64,000 bases of DNA from the human T2T-CHM13v2.0 reference genome, Homo sapiens. The notes under the pieces were generated by a model. It saw only the letters and a list, made by a program, of their open reading frames with translations, was not told where the DNA came from and did no database searches. A program made the translations under genes and the position numbers. Location of the stretch: NCBI RefSeq assembly GCF_009914755.1, contig NC_060948.1; one strand, given 5' to 3'. This document shows positions 42,524-56,738 of this stretch, piece after piece. Numbering within the stretch: position 1 is the first letter of the stretch; each line of letters opens with the position of its first letter.

Positions 42524-45500
42524 AAATCGCATAGAATGGAGTGGAATCAAATGGAATTGAATCGAAAGGAAAGGAAGCGAATGGACTGAAATGAAATGGA
42601 ATGGAATTGAATGGAAAGTAAAGCAATGGAATAGAATGGAACGAAATTTCACGGAATGGAATCAAACTGAATGGAATCAAATCAATGGAATATAATCAAA
42701 TGGAATGGAAAGGAATTGAATGGAGTAGATGGGATTGGATGGGATTGGAATGAAATGTACTGGAAAGGACTCGAATTTCATGAAACGGAATGGAATGAAT
42801 TGGAACGGAATGGACTCGAATGGAATGGAATGTCATGGAATGGCATCAAATGGAATGGCATCAAATGGAATGGAATAGAATGCAATGGAATGCTATGGAA
42901 CGGAATGGAATGCATTGGAATGGAATGTCCTCTAATTGAATGGATTCGAGTGGAATGGAATCGAATATAATGGAGTCGAATGAAATGGAATTGAAAGGAA
43001 TGGGATCGAATACAATGGAATATACTGGAATGTAATGTAATGAACTCGAATGTAATTGACTGGAATGGAATGTACATGAATGGAATGTAATCGAATGGAA
43101 AGTAATCCAATGGAATAGAATCTAATGCAATAAAATCGACTCAGATAGAGTAGAATGTAATGGAATGGAGTGCAGTGCAATGGAATGGAATGGAATGGAA
43201 TGCAATGGAATGGAATGGAATGGGATGGAGTGGTATGGAATGGAATGGAATGGAATGGAATGGGATGGAATGGTATGGAATGGATAGTAATGGACTGGAG
43301 TGAAATGGACTGGAAAGGAATGGACTCAAATTAAAAGGGCTCGAAAGGAATGGAGTCAAATGGAATGTTCTGGAATGGAATGAACACGAATGTAATGCAA
43401 TCCAATAGAATGGAATCGAATGGCATGGAATATAAAGAAATGGAATCGAAGAGAATGGAAACAAACGGAATGGAATTGAATGGAATGGAATTGAATGGAA
43501 TGGGAACGAATGGAGTGAAATTGTATGCAGTAGAAGAGAATAGAATGGAATGCAAGTGAAAGGAAAGGAATGGATTGGAATGGAATGGAATTCATTGGAA
43601 TGGAAGGGAATGTAGTGTAATGGACAGGCCTGGAATAAAGTGGAATGCTACGGTCTCGAATGGAATAAAAATGTATGGAATGGAATGCAATGAAACGGAA
43701 TCGAATGTCATAGAATGTAATGGAATGCAAAAAAATGGACTCCAAAATCATTGACTGGAAAGGCTGGGTGTCGAAAGGAATTGACTCCAATGGAATGGAA
43801 TCGAATGGAATGGAAGTGAATAGAATCGAACTAAATCGAATGGAATGGAATTGATAGGAACGGAATGGAAAGGAATGAAATGATTTAGCATGGAATGGAA
43901 TCGAATGGCATCGAATGGAATGGAATGGAATGCAATGCAATGGAATGTATTAGAATGTAATGAACTTTAATGGAATGTACTCAAATGGATTCGACTGGAA
44001 TGGAATGTTCTGGAAGTGAATGGACTCCAATGGAATGGATTGAAAAGGAATGGAATCGTACGGAATGGAATCTAATGGAATGGAATTAAATGGAAATGAA
44101 TCAAATTGAATAGCACGGAATTGAATTGAATGGAATCGAATGCAATGGAATCTAATGAAATGGAAAGGAAAGGAATGGAATGGAATGGAATGGGCTGGAA
44201 TGGAAAGGAATCGAAACGAATGGAATGGAATCGAACTGAAGAGACTGGAATGGAATGCACTGGAATGGAAGGGAGTGTAATGGAAGGTTCTCGAAAAAAA
44301 TGGAATCGAATGGAATGGAATTGAATGGAACGGAATAGAGTCGAATGGAATTGAATGGAATGAAATGGACTAGAGTGAAATGGAATCGAACCACAAGGAA
44401 TGGACAGGAATAGAATGGTCTCGAATTGAATGGAATCGTATGGAATGGCATCAAACGGAATGGAATGGACAGCCACGGAATGGAATGCACTCGAATGCAA
44501 TGGAGTCGAACCTAATGGACTGGAATAGAATGGACTCGACTGGTACGGACTCCAATGGAATGGAATCGAATGGAAGGGAATCGAACGGAATGGACTCGAA
44601 GGGAAAAGACTGCAATGGAAAGGTCTCGAATGGAATGGAAATTAATGGAATGGAATGGAATCGAATGAAATGGAGTCAAAAGGAATGGAATCGAATGGCA
44701 AGAAATCGAATGTAATGGAATCGCAAGGAATTGATGTGAACGGAACGGAATGGAATGGAATCCAAAGAAATGGAATAGAATGGAATGGAATCGAATGGAA
44801 AGAACTCGAATGGAAATCACTCGAATAGAATGCAATTTAATAAAATAGGATGAAATGTAATGTAATGGAATGGAAAGGAATCGAAACGAAAGGAATGGAG
44901 ACAGATTGAATGGAATGGAACAGAGAGCAATGGTATAGAATGGAATGGAATCATCTGGAATGGAATTGAATGGAATGGAATAATATGAAATGGAATGGAA
45001 TGGAATGGAATGCCCTTGAATTAAATGGACTGGAATGGAATGGACTCGAACAGAGTGGAATGGAATGTGTTGAGATAGAATGGAATGGACTCCTTTGGAA
45101 TGGTCTAGTATGCAATGCAATCGACTGGCAGGGAATCAAAAGGAATGTAATCGAATGGATTGGACTGGAATGCAATGGACTCGAATAGATTGGAAACGGA
45201 ATGCAAAGGAATGGAATGGAATAGTATGGAATGGAATGAAAGGAATGGAGTGGAATAGACTAGAGTGGAATGGAATGGACTCGAAAGCAATGGACTGGAA
45301 TGGAACTTTCTTGAATGGACTGGAATCAAACGGAATGGAATGCAATGCAATCAAATGGCATGGAATAAAATAGAATGAAAGAGAATCAAATGGAATTGAA
45401 TCGAATGCAATCGAATGGATTGGAAAGGAATAGAATGGAATGGAATGGAATTGACTCAAATGGAATGGACTAGAATGGAATGGATTCGAATGGAAGGCAA

Positions 45501-46096
45501 AGGAATGGAATCTATTGGAATGGACAGCAATGGAATGGAAAGGAAGGGATTGGAATGGACTCGAATGGAATGGACTGCAATAGAAAGGATTCGAATGGAA
45601 TGAAAAAGAATTGAATGGAATAGAACAGAATGGAATCAAATCGAATGAAATGGAATGGAATAGAAAGGAATGGAATGAAATGGAATGGAAAGGATTCGAA
45701 TGGAATGCAATCGAATGGAATGGAATCGAACGGAATGGAATAAAATGGAAGAAAACTGGCAAGAAATGGAATCGAAATGAATGGAGTGTTATGGAACGGA
45801 CTCCAAAGGAATTGAATGTAATAGAATGGAGTGGAGTGGACTCGAATATAATGGACTGGAATGGAATGAAATCACATGGAATGGGAACGAATGGAATGGA
45901 ATGGAAAGGAATGGAATCGAATGGAAAGGAATCGAATGGAAGGGAATGAAATTGAATCAACAGGAATGGAAGGGAATAGAATAGACGGTAATGGAATGGA
46001 CTCGAATAGAATGGACACGAATGCTCAAATTGAATGGACTCGAATGGAATGGAAACGAAAGGAATGTCATCGAATGGAATTGAATCGATTGGAATG
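42524..46096 (+). repeat. DYZ1 unit U13, 3573 bp (40-bp x2, 1-bp deletion)
   Basis: Landmark spacing 42671->46244; AATGAAAGG instead of AATGGAAAGG near 45238. Confidence 0.92.
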
Positions 46097-49000
46097 AAAT
46101 CGCATAGAATGGAGTGGAATCAAATGGAATTGAATCGAAAGGAAAGGAAGCGAATGGACTGAAATGAAATGGAATGGAATTGAATGGAAAGTAAAGCAAT
46201 GGAATAGAATGGAACGAAATTTCACGGAATGGAATCAAACTGAATGGAATCAAATCAATGGAATATAATCAAATGGAATGGAAAGGAATTGAATGGAGTA
46301 GATGGGATTGGATGGGATTGGAATGAAATGTACTGGAAAGGACTCGAATTTCATGAAACGGAATGGAATGAATTGGAACGGAATGGACTCGAATGGAATG
46401 GAATGTCATGGAATGGCATCAAATGGAATGGAATCGAATGCAATGGAATGCTATGGAACGGAATGGAATGCATTGGAATGGAATGTCCTCTAATGGAATG
46501 GATTCGAGTGGAATGGAATCGAATATAATGGAGTCGAATGAAATGGAATTGAAAGGAATGGGATCGAATACAATGGAATATACTGGAATGTAATGTAATG
46601 AACTCGAATGTAATTGACTGGAATGGAATGTACATGAATGGAATGTAATCGAATGGAAAGTAATCCAATGGAATAGAATCTAATGCAAGAAAATCGACTC
46701 AGATAGAGTAGAATGTAATGGAATGGAGTGCAGTGCAATGGAATGGAATGGAATGGAATGCAATGGAATGGAATGGAATGGGATGGAATGGTATGGAATG
46801 GATAGTAATGGACTGGAGTGAAATGGACTGGAAAGGAATGGACTCAAATTGAAAGGGCTTGAAAGGAATGGAGTCAAATGGAATGGTCTGGAATGGAATG
46901 AACACGAATGTAATGCAATCCAATAGAATGGAATCGAATGGCATGGAATATAAAGAAATGGAATCGAAGAGAATGGAAACAAACGGAATGGAATTGAATG
47001 GAATGGAATTGAATGGAATGGGAACGAATGGAGTGAAATTGTATGCAGTAGAAGAGAATAGAATGGAATGCAAGCGAAAGGAAAGGAATGGATTGGAATG
47101 GAATGGAATTCATGGGAATGGAAGGGAATATAGTGTAATGGACAGGCCTGGAATAAAGTGGAATGCTACGGTCTCGAATGGAATAAAAATGTATGGAATG
47201 GAATGCAAAGAAACGGAATCGAATGTCATAGAATGTAATGGAATGCAAAAAAATGGACTCCAAAATCATTGACTGGAAAGGCTGGGTGTCGAAAGGAATT
47301 GACTCCAATGGAATGGAATCGAATGGAATGGAAGTGAATAGAATCGAACTAAATCGAATGGAATGGAATTGATAGGAACGGAATGGAAAGGAATGAAATG
47401 ATTTGGCATGGAATGGAATCGAATGGCATCGAATGGAATGGAATGGAATGCAATGCAATGGAATGTATTAGAATGTAATGAACTTTAATGGAATGTACTC
47501 TAATGGATTCGACTGGAATGGAATGTTCTGGAAGTGAATGGACTCCAACGGAATGGATTGAAAAGGAATGGAATCGTACGGAATGGAATCTAATGGAATG
47601 GAATTAAATGGAAATGAATCAAATTGAATAGCACGGAATTGAATTGAATGGAATCGAATGCAATGGAATCTAATGAAACGGAAAGGAAAGGAATGGAATG
47701 GAATGGAATGGGCTGGAATGGAAAGGAATCGAAACGAATGGAATGGAATCGAACTGAAGAGACTGGAATGGAATGCACTGGAATGGAAGGGAGTGTAATG
47801 GAAGGTTCTCGAAAAAAATGGAATCGAATGGAATGGAATTGAATGGAACGGAATAGAGTCGAATGGAATTGAATGGAATGGAATGGACTAGAGTGAAATG
47901 GAATCGAACCACAAGGAATGGACAGGAATAGAATGGTCTCGAATTGAATGGAATCGTATGGAATGGCATCAAACGGAATGGAATGGACAGCCACGGAATG
48001 GAATGCACTCGAATGCAATGGAGTCGAACCTAATGGACTGGAATAGAATGGACTCGACTGGTACGGACTCCAATGGAATGGAATCGAATGGAAGGGAATC
48101 GAACGGAATGGACTCGAAGGGAAAAGACTGCAATGGAAAGGTCTCGAATGGAATGGAAATTAATGGAATGGAATGGAATCGAATGAAATGGAGTCAAAAG
48201 GAATGGAATCGAATGGCAAGAAATCGAATGTAATGGAATCGCAAGGAATTGATGTGAACGGAACGGAATGGAATGGAATCCAAAGAAATGGAATAGAATG
48301 GAATGGAATCGAATGGAAAGAACTCGAATGGAAATCACTCGAATAGAATGCAATTTAATAAAATAGGATGAAATGTAATTGAATGGAATGGAAAGGAATC
48401 GAAACGAAAGGAATGGAGACAGATGGAATGGAATGGAACAGAGAGCAATGGTATAGAATGGAATGGAATCATCTGGAATGGAATTGAATGGAATGGAATA
48501 ATATGAAATGGAATGGAATGGAATGGAATGCCCTTGAATTAAATGGACTGGAATGGAATGGACTCGAACAGAGTGGAATGGAATGTGTTGAGATAGAATG
48601 GAATGGACTCCTTTGGAATGGTCTAGTATGCAATGCAATCGACTGGCAGGGAATCAAAAGGAATGTAATCGAATGGATTGGACTGGAATGCAATGGACTC
48701 GAATAGATAGGAAACGGAATGCAAAGGAATGGAATGGAATAGTATGGAATGGAATGGAAAGGAATGGAGTGGAATAGACTAGAGTGGAATGGAATGGACT
48801 CGAAAGCAATGGACTGGAATGGAACTTTCTTGAATGGACTGGAATCAAACGGAATGGAATGCAATGCAATCAAATGGCATGGAATAAAATAGAATGAAAG
48901 AGAATCAAATGGAATTGAATCGAATGGAATCGAATGGATTGGAAAGGAATAGAATGGAATGGAATGGAATTGACTCAAATGGAATGGAGTAGAATGGAAT

Positions 49001-49615
49001 GGATTCGAATGGAAGGCAAAGGAATGGAATCTATTGGAATGGACAGCAATGGAATGGAAAGGAAGGGATTGGAATGGACTCGAATGGAATGGACTGCAAT
49101 AGAAAGGATTCGAATGGAATGAAAAAGAATTGAATGGAATAGAACAGAATGGAATCAAATCGAATGAAATGGAATGGAATAGAAAGGAATGGAATGAAAT
49201 GGAATGGAAAGGATTCGAATGGAATGCAATCGAATGGAATGGAATCGAACGGAATGGAATAAAATGGAAGAAAACTGGCAAGAAATGGAATCGAAATGAA
49301 TGGAGTGTTATGGAACGGACTCCAAAGGAATTGAATGTAATAGAATGGATTGGAGTGGACTCGAATATAATGGACTGGAATGGAATGAAATCACATGGAA
49401 TGGGAACGAATGGAATGGAATGGAAAGGAATGGAATCGAATGGAAAGGAATCGAATGGAAGGGAATGAAATTGAATCAACAGGAATGGAAGGGAATAGAA
49501 TAGACGGTAATGGAATGGACTCGAATAGAATGGACACGAATGCTCAAATTGAATGGAATCGAATGGAATGGAAACGAAAGGAATGTCATCGAATGGAATG
49601 GAATCGATTGGAATG
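46097..49615 (+). repeat. DYZ1 unit U14, 3519 bp
   Basis: Landmark spacing 46244->49763. Confidence 0.92.
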
Positions 49616-52600
49616 AAATCGCATAGAATGGAGTGGAATCAAATGGAATTGAATCGAAAGGAAAGGAAGCGAATGGACTGAAATGAAATGGAATGGAATT
49701 GAATGGAAAGTAAAGCAATGGAATAGAATGGAACGAAATTTCACGGAATGGAATCAAACTGAATGGAATCAAATCAATGGAATATAATCAAATGGAATGG
49801 AAAGGAATTGAATGGAGTAGATGGGATTGGATGGGATTGGAATGAAATGTACTGGAAAGGACTCGAATTTCATGAAACGGAATGGAATGAATTGGAACGG
49901 AATGGACTCGAATGGAATGGAATGTCATGGAATGGCATCAAATGGAATGGCATCAAATGGAATGGAATCGAATGCAATGGAATGCTATGGAACGGAATGG
50001 AATGCATTGGAATGGAATGTCCTCTAATGGAATGGATTCGAGTGGAATGGAATCGAATATAATGGAGTCGAATGAAATGTAATTGAAAGGAATGGGATCG
50101 AATACAATGGAATATACTGGAATGTAATGTAATGAACTCGAATGTAATTGACTGGAATGGAATGTACATGAATGGAATGTAATCGAATGGAAAGTAATCC
50201 AATGGAATAGAATCTAATGCAATTAAATCGACTCAGATAGACTAGAATGTAATGGAATGGAGTGCAGTGCAATGGAATGGAATGGAATGGAATGCAATGG
50301 AATGGAATGGAATGGAATGGAATGCAATGGAATGGAATGGAATGGGATGGAATGGTATGGAATGGAATGGAATGGAATGGAATGGGATGGAATGGTATGG
50401 AATGGATAGTAATGGACTGGAGTGAAATGGACTGGAAAGGAATGGACTCAAATTAAAAGGGCTCGAAAGGAATGGAGTCAAATGGAATGGTCTGGAATGC
50501 AATGAACACGAATGTAATGCAATCCAATAGAATGGAATCGAATGGCATGGAATATAAAGAAATGGAATCGAAGAGAATGGAAACAAACGGAATGGAATTG
50601 AATGGAATGGAATTGAATGGAATGGGAACGAATGGAGTGAAATTGTATGCAGTAGAAGAGAATAGAATGGAATGCAAGCGAAAGGAAAGGAATGGATTGG
50701 AATGGAATGGAATTCATTGGAATGGAAGGGAATGTAGTGTAATGGACAGGCCTGGAATAAAGTGGAATGCTACGGTCTCGAATGGAATAAAAATGTATGG
50801 AATGGAATGCAATGAAACGGAATCGAATGTCATAGAATGTAATGGAATGCAAAAAAATGGACTCCAAAATCATTGACTGGAAAGGCTGGGTGTCGAAAGG
50901 AATTGACTCCAATGGAATGGAATCGAATGGAATGGAAGTGAATAGAATCGAACTAAATCGAATGGAATGGAATTGATAGGAACGGAATGGAAAGGAATGA
51001 AATGATTTAGCATGGAATGGAATCGAATGGCATCGAATGGAATGGAATGGAATGCAATGCAATGGAATGTTTTAGAATGTAATGAACTTTAATGGAATGT
51101 ACTCAAATGGATTCGACTGGAATGGAATGTTCTGGAAATGAATGGACTCCAATGGAATGGATTGAAAAGGAATGGAATCGTACGGAATGGAATCTAATGG
51201 AATGGAATTAAATGGAAATGAATCAAATTGAATAGCACGGAATTGAATTGAATGGAATCGAATGCAATGGAATCTAATGAAACGGAAAGGAAAGGAATGG
51301 AATGGAATGGAATGGGCTGGAATGGAAAGGAATCGAAACGAATGGAATGGAAACGAACTGAAGAGACTGGAATGGAATGCACTGGAATGGAAGGGAGTGT
51401 AATGGAAGGTTCTCGAAAAAAATGGAATCGAATGGAATGGAATTGAATGGAACGGAATAGAGTCGAATGGAATTGAATGGAATGGAATGGACTAGAGTGA
51501 AATGGAATCGAACCACAAGGAATGGACAGGAATAGAATGGTCTCGAATTGAATGGAATCGTATGGAATGGCATCAAACGGAATGGAATGGACAGCCACGG
51601 AATGGAATGCACTCGAATGCAATGGAGTCGAAACTAATGGACTGGAATAGAATGGACTCGACTGGTACGGACTCCAATGGAATGGAATCGAATGGAAGGG
51701 AATCGAACGGAATGGACTCGAAGGGAAAAGACTGCAATGGAAAGGTCTCGAATGGAATGGAAATTAATGGAATGGAATGGAATCGAATGAAATGGAGTCA
51801 AAAGGAATGGAATCGAATGGCAAGAAATCGAATGTAATGGAATCGCAAGGAATTGATGTGAACGGAACGGAATGGAATGGAATCCAAAGAAATGGAATAG
51901 AATGGAATGGAATCGAATGGAAAGAACTCGAATGGAAATCACTCGAATAGAATGCAATTTAATAAAATAGGATGAAATGTAATGGAATGGAATGGAAAGG
52001 AATCGAAACGAAAGGAATGGAGACAGATGGAATGGAATGGAACAGAGAGCAATGGTATAGAATGGAATGGAATCATCTGGAATGGAATTGAATGGAATGG
52101 AATAATATGAAATGGAATGGAATGGAATGGAATGCCCTTGAATTAAATGGACTGGAATGGAATGGACTCGAACAGAGTGGAATGGAATGTGTTGAGATAG
52201 AATGGAATGGACTCCTTTGGAATGGTCTAGTATGCAATGCAATCGACTGGCAGGGAATCAAAAGGAATGTAATCGAATGGATTGGACTGGAATGCAATGG
52301 ACTCGAATAGATTGGAAACGGAATGCAAAGGAATGGAATGGAATAGTATGGAATGGAATGGAAAGGAATGGAGTGGAATAGACTAGAGTGGAATGGAATG
52401 GACTCGAAAGCAATGGACTGGAATGGAACTTTCTTGAATGGACTGGAATCAAACGGAATGGAATGCAATGCAATCAAATGGCATGGAATAAAATAGAATG
52501 AAAGAGAATCAAATGGAATTGAATCGAATGCAATCGAATGGATTGGAAAGGAATAGAATGGAATGGAATGGAATTGACTCAAATGGAATGGACTAGAATG

Positions 52601-53219
52601 GAATGGATTCGAATGGAAGGCAAAGGAATGGAATCTATTGGAATGGACAGCAATGGAATGGAAAGGAAGGGATTGGAATGGACTCGAATGGAATGGACTG
52701 CAATAGAAAGGATTCGAATGGAATGAAAAAGAATTGAATGGAATAGAACAGAATGGAATCAAATCGAATGAAATGGAATGGAATAGAAAGGAATGGAATG
52801 AAATGGAATGGAAAGGATTCGAATGGAATGCAATCGAATGGAATGGAATCGAACGGAATGGAATAAAATGGAAGAAAACTGGCAAGAAATGGAATCGAAA
52901 TGAATGGAGTGTTATGGAACGGACTCCAAAGGAATTGAATGTAATAGAATGGAGTGGAGTGGACTCGAATATAATGGACTGGAATGGAATGAAATCACAT
53001 GGAATGGGAACGAATGGAATGGAATGGAAAGGAATGGAATCGAATGGAAAGGAATCGAATGGAAGGGAATGAAATTGAATCAACAGGAATGGAAGGGAAT
53101 AGAATAGACGGTAATGGAATGGACTCGAATAGAATGGACACGAATGCTCAAATTGAATGGACTCGAATGGAATGGAAACGAAAGGAATGTCATCGAATGG
53201 AATTGAATCGATTGGAATG
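49616..53219 (+). repeat. DYZ1 unit U15, 3604 bp (40-bp x2 plus extra 30 bp)
   Basis: Landmark spacing 49763->53367. Confidence 0.92.
50296..50325 (+). repeat. Extra 30 bp (AATGG)5 AATGC, private to U15
   Basis: Comparison of 50271-50345 with 656-700 in U1. Confidence 0.88.
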
Positions 53220-56200
53220 AAATCGCATAGAATGGAGTGGAATCAAATGGAATTGAATCGAAAGGAAAGGAAGCGAATGGACTGAAATGAAATGGAATGG
53301 AATTGAATGGAAAGTAAAGCAATGGAATAGAATGGAACGAAATTTCACGGAATGGAATCAAACTGAATGGAATCAAATCAATGGAATATAATCAAATGGA
53401 ATGGAAAGGAATTGAATGGAGTAGATGGGATTGGATGGGATTGGAATGAAATGTACTGGAAAGGACTCGAATTTCATGAAACGGAATGGAATGAATTGGA
53501 ACGGAATGGACTCGAATGGAATGGAATGTCATGGAATGGCATCAAATGGAATGGAATCGAATGCAATGGAATGCTATGGAATGGAATGGAATGCATTGGA
53601 ATGGAATGTCCTCTAATGGAATGGATTCGAGTGGAATGGAATCGAATATAATGGAGTCGAATGAAATGGAATTGAAAGGAATGGGATCGAATACAATGGA
53701 ATATACTGGAATGTAATGTAATGAACTCGAATGTAATTGACTGGAATGGAATGTACATGAATGGAATGTAATCGAATGGAAAGTAATCCAATGGAATAGA
53801 ATCTAATGCAAGAAAATCGACTCAGATAGAGTAGAATGTAATGGAATGGAGTGCAGTGCAATGGAATGGAATGGAATGGAATGCAATGGAATGGAATGGA
53901 ATGGGATGGAATGGTATGGAATGGATAGTAATGGACTGGAGTGAAATGGACTGGAAAGGAATGGACTCAAATTGAAAGGGCTCGAAAGGAATGGAGTCAA
54001 ATGGAATGGTCTGGAATGGAATGAACACGAATGTAATGCAATCCAATAGAATGGAATCTAATGGCATGGAATATAAAGAAATGGAATCGAAGAGAATGGA
54101 AACAAACGGAATGGAATTGAATGGAATGGAATTGAATGGAATGGGAACGAATGTAGTGAAATTGTATGCAGTAGAAGAGAATAGAATGGAATGCAAGCGA
54201 AAGGAAAGGAATGGATTGGAATGGAATGGAATTCATGGGAATGGAAGGGAATGTAGTGTAATGGACAGGCCTGGAATAAAGTGGAATGCTACGGTCTCGA
54301 ATGGAATAAAAATGTATGGAATGGAATGCAAAGAAACGGAATCGAATGTCATAGAATGTAATGGAATGCAAAAAAATGGACTCCAAAATCATTGACTGGA
54401 AAGGCTGGGTGTCGAAAGGAATTGACTCCAATGGAATGGAATCGAATGGAATGGAAGTGAATAGAATCGAACTAAATCGAATGGAATGGAATTGATAGGA
54501 ACGGAATGGAAAGGAATGAAATGATTTGGCATGGAATGGAATCGAATGGCATCGAATGGAATGGAATGGAATGCAATGCAATGGAATGTATTAGAATGTA
54601 ATGAACTTTAATGGAATGTACTCGAATGGATTCGACTGGAATGGAATGTTCTGGAAGTGAATGGACTCCAATGGAATGGATTGAAAAGGAATGGAATCGT
54701 ACGGAATGGAATCTAATGGAATGGAATTAAATGGAAATGAATCAAATTGAATAGCACGGAATTGAATTGAATGGAATCGAATGCAATGGAATCTAATGAA
54801 ACGGAAAGGAAAGGAATGGAATGGAATGGAATGGGCTGGAATGGAAAGGAATCGAAACGAATGGAATGGAATCGAACTGAAGAGACTGGAATGGAATGCA
54901 CTGGAATGGAAGGGAGTGTAATGGAAGGTTCTCGAAAAAAATGGAATCGAATGGAATGGAATTGAATGGAACGGAATAGAGTCGAATGGAATTGAATGGA
55001 ATGGAATGGACTAGAGTGAAATGGAATCGAACCACAAGGAATGGACAGGAATAGAATGGTCTCGAATTGAATGGAATCGTATGGAATGGCATCAAACGGA
55101 ATGGAATGGACAGCCACGGAATGGAATGCACTCGAATGCAATGGAGTCGAACCTAATGGACTGGAATAGAATGGACTCGACTGGTACGGACTCCAATGGA
55201 ATGGAATCGAATGGAAGGGAATCGAACGGAATGGACTCGAAGGGAAAAGACTGCAATGGAAAGGTCTCGAATGGAATGGAAATTAATGGAATGGAATGGA
55301 ATCGAATGAAATGGAGTCAAAAGGAATGGAATCGAATGGCAAGAAATCGAATGTAATGGAATCGCAAGGAATTGATGTGAACGGAACGGAATGGAATGGA
55401 ATCCAAAGAAATGGAATAGAATGGAATGGAATCGAATGGAAAGAACTCGAATGGAAATCACTCGAATAGAATGCAATTTAATAAAATAGGATGAAATGTA
55501 ATTGAATGGAATGGAAAGGAATCGAAACGAAAGGAATGGAGACAGATGGAATGGAATGGAACAGAGAGCAATGGTATAGAATGGAATGGAATCATCTGGA
55601 ATGGAATTGAATGGAATGGAATAATATGAAATTGAATGGAATGGAATGGAATGCCCTTGAATTAAATGGACTGGAATGGAATGGACTCGAACAGAGTGGA
55701 ATGGAATGTGTTGAGATAGAATGGAATGGACTCCTTTGGAATGGTCTAGTATGCAATGCAATCGACTGGCAGGGAATCAAAAGGAATGTAATCGAATGGA
55801 TTGGACTGGAATGCAATGGACTCGAATAGATAGGAAACGGAATGCAAAGGAATGGAATGGAATAGTATGGAATGGAATGGAAAGGAATGGAGTGGAATAG
55901 ACTAGAGTGGAATGGAATGGACTCGAAAGCAATGGACTGGAATGGAACTTTCTTGAATGGACTGGAATCAAACGGAATGGAATGCAATGCAATCAAATGG
56001 CATGGAATAAAATAGAATGAAAGAGAATCAAATGGAATTGAATCGAATGGAATCGAATGGATTGGAAAGGAACAGAATGGAATGGAATGGAATTGACTCA
56101 AATGGAATGGACTAGAATGGAATGGATTCGAATGGAAGGCAAAGGAATGGAATCTATTGGAATGGACAGCAATGGAATGGAAAGGAAGGGATTGGAATGG

Positions 56201-56738
56201 ACTCGAATGGAATGGACTGCAATAGAAAGGATTCGAATGGAATGAAAAAGAATTGAATGGAATAGAACAGAATGGAATCAAATCGAATGAAATGGAATGG
56301 AATAGAAAGGAATGGAATGAAATGGAATGGAAAGGATTCGAATGGAATGCAATCGAATGGAATGGAATTGAACGGAATGGAATAAAATGGAAGAAAACTG
56401 GCAAGAAATGGAATCGAAATGAATGGAGTGTTATGGAACGGACTCCAAAGGAATTGAATGTAATAGAATGGAGTGGAGTGGACTCGAATATAATGGACTG
56501 GAATGGAATGAAATCACATGGAATGGGAACGAATGGAATGGAATGGAAAGGAATGGAATCGAATGGAAAGGAATCGAATGGAAGGGAATGAAATTGAATC
56601 AACAGGAACGGAAGGGAATAGAATAGACGGTAATGGAATGGACTCGAATAGAATGGACACGAATGCTCAAATTGAATGGACTCGAATGGAATGGAAACGA
56701 AAGGAATGTCATCGAATGGAATTGAATCGATTGGAATG
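53220..56738 (+). repeat. DYZ1 unit U16, 3519 bp
   Basis: Landmark spacing 53367->56886. Confidence 0.92.
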
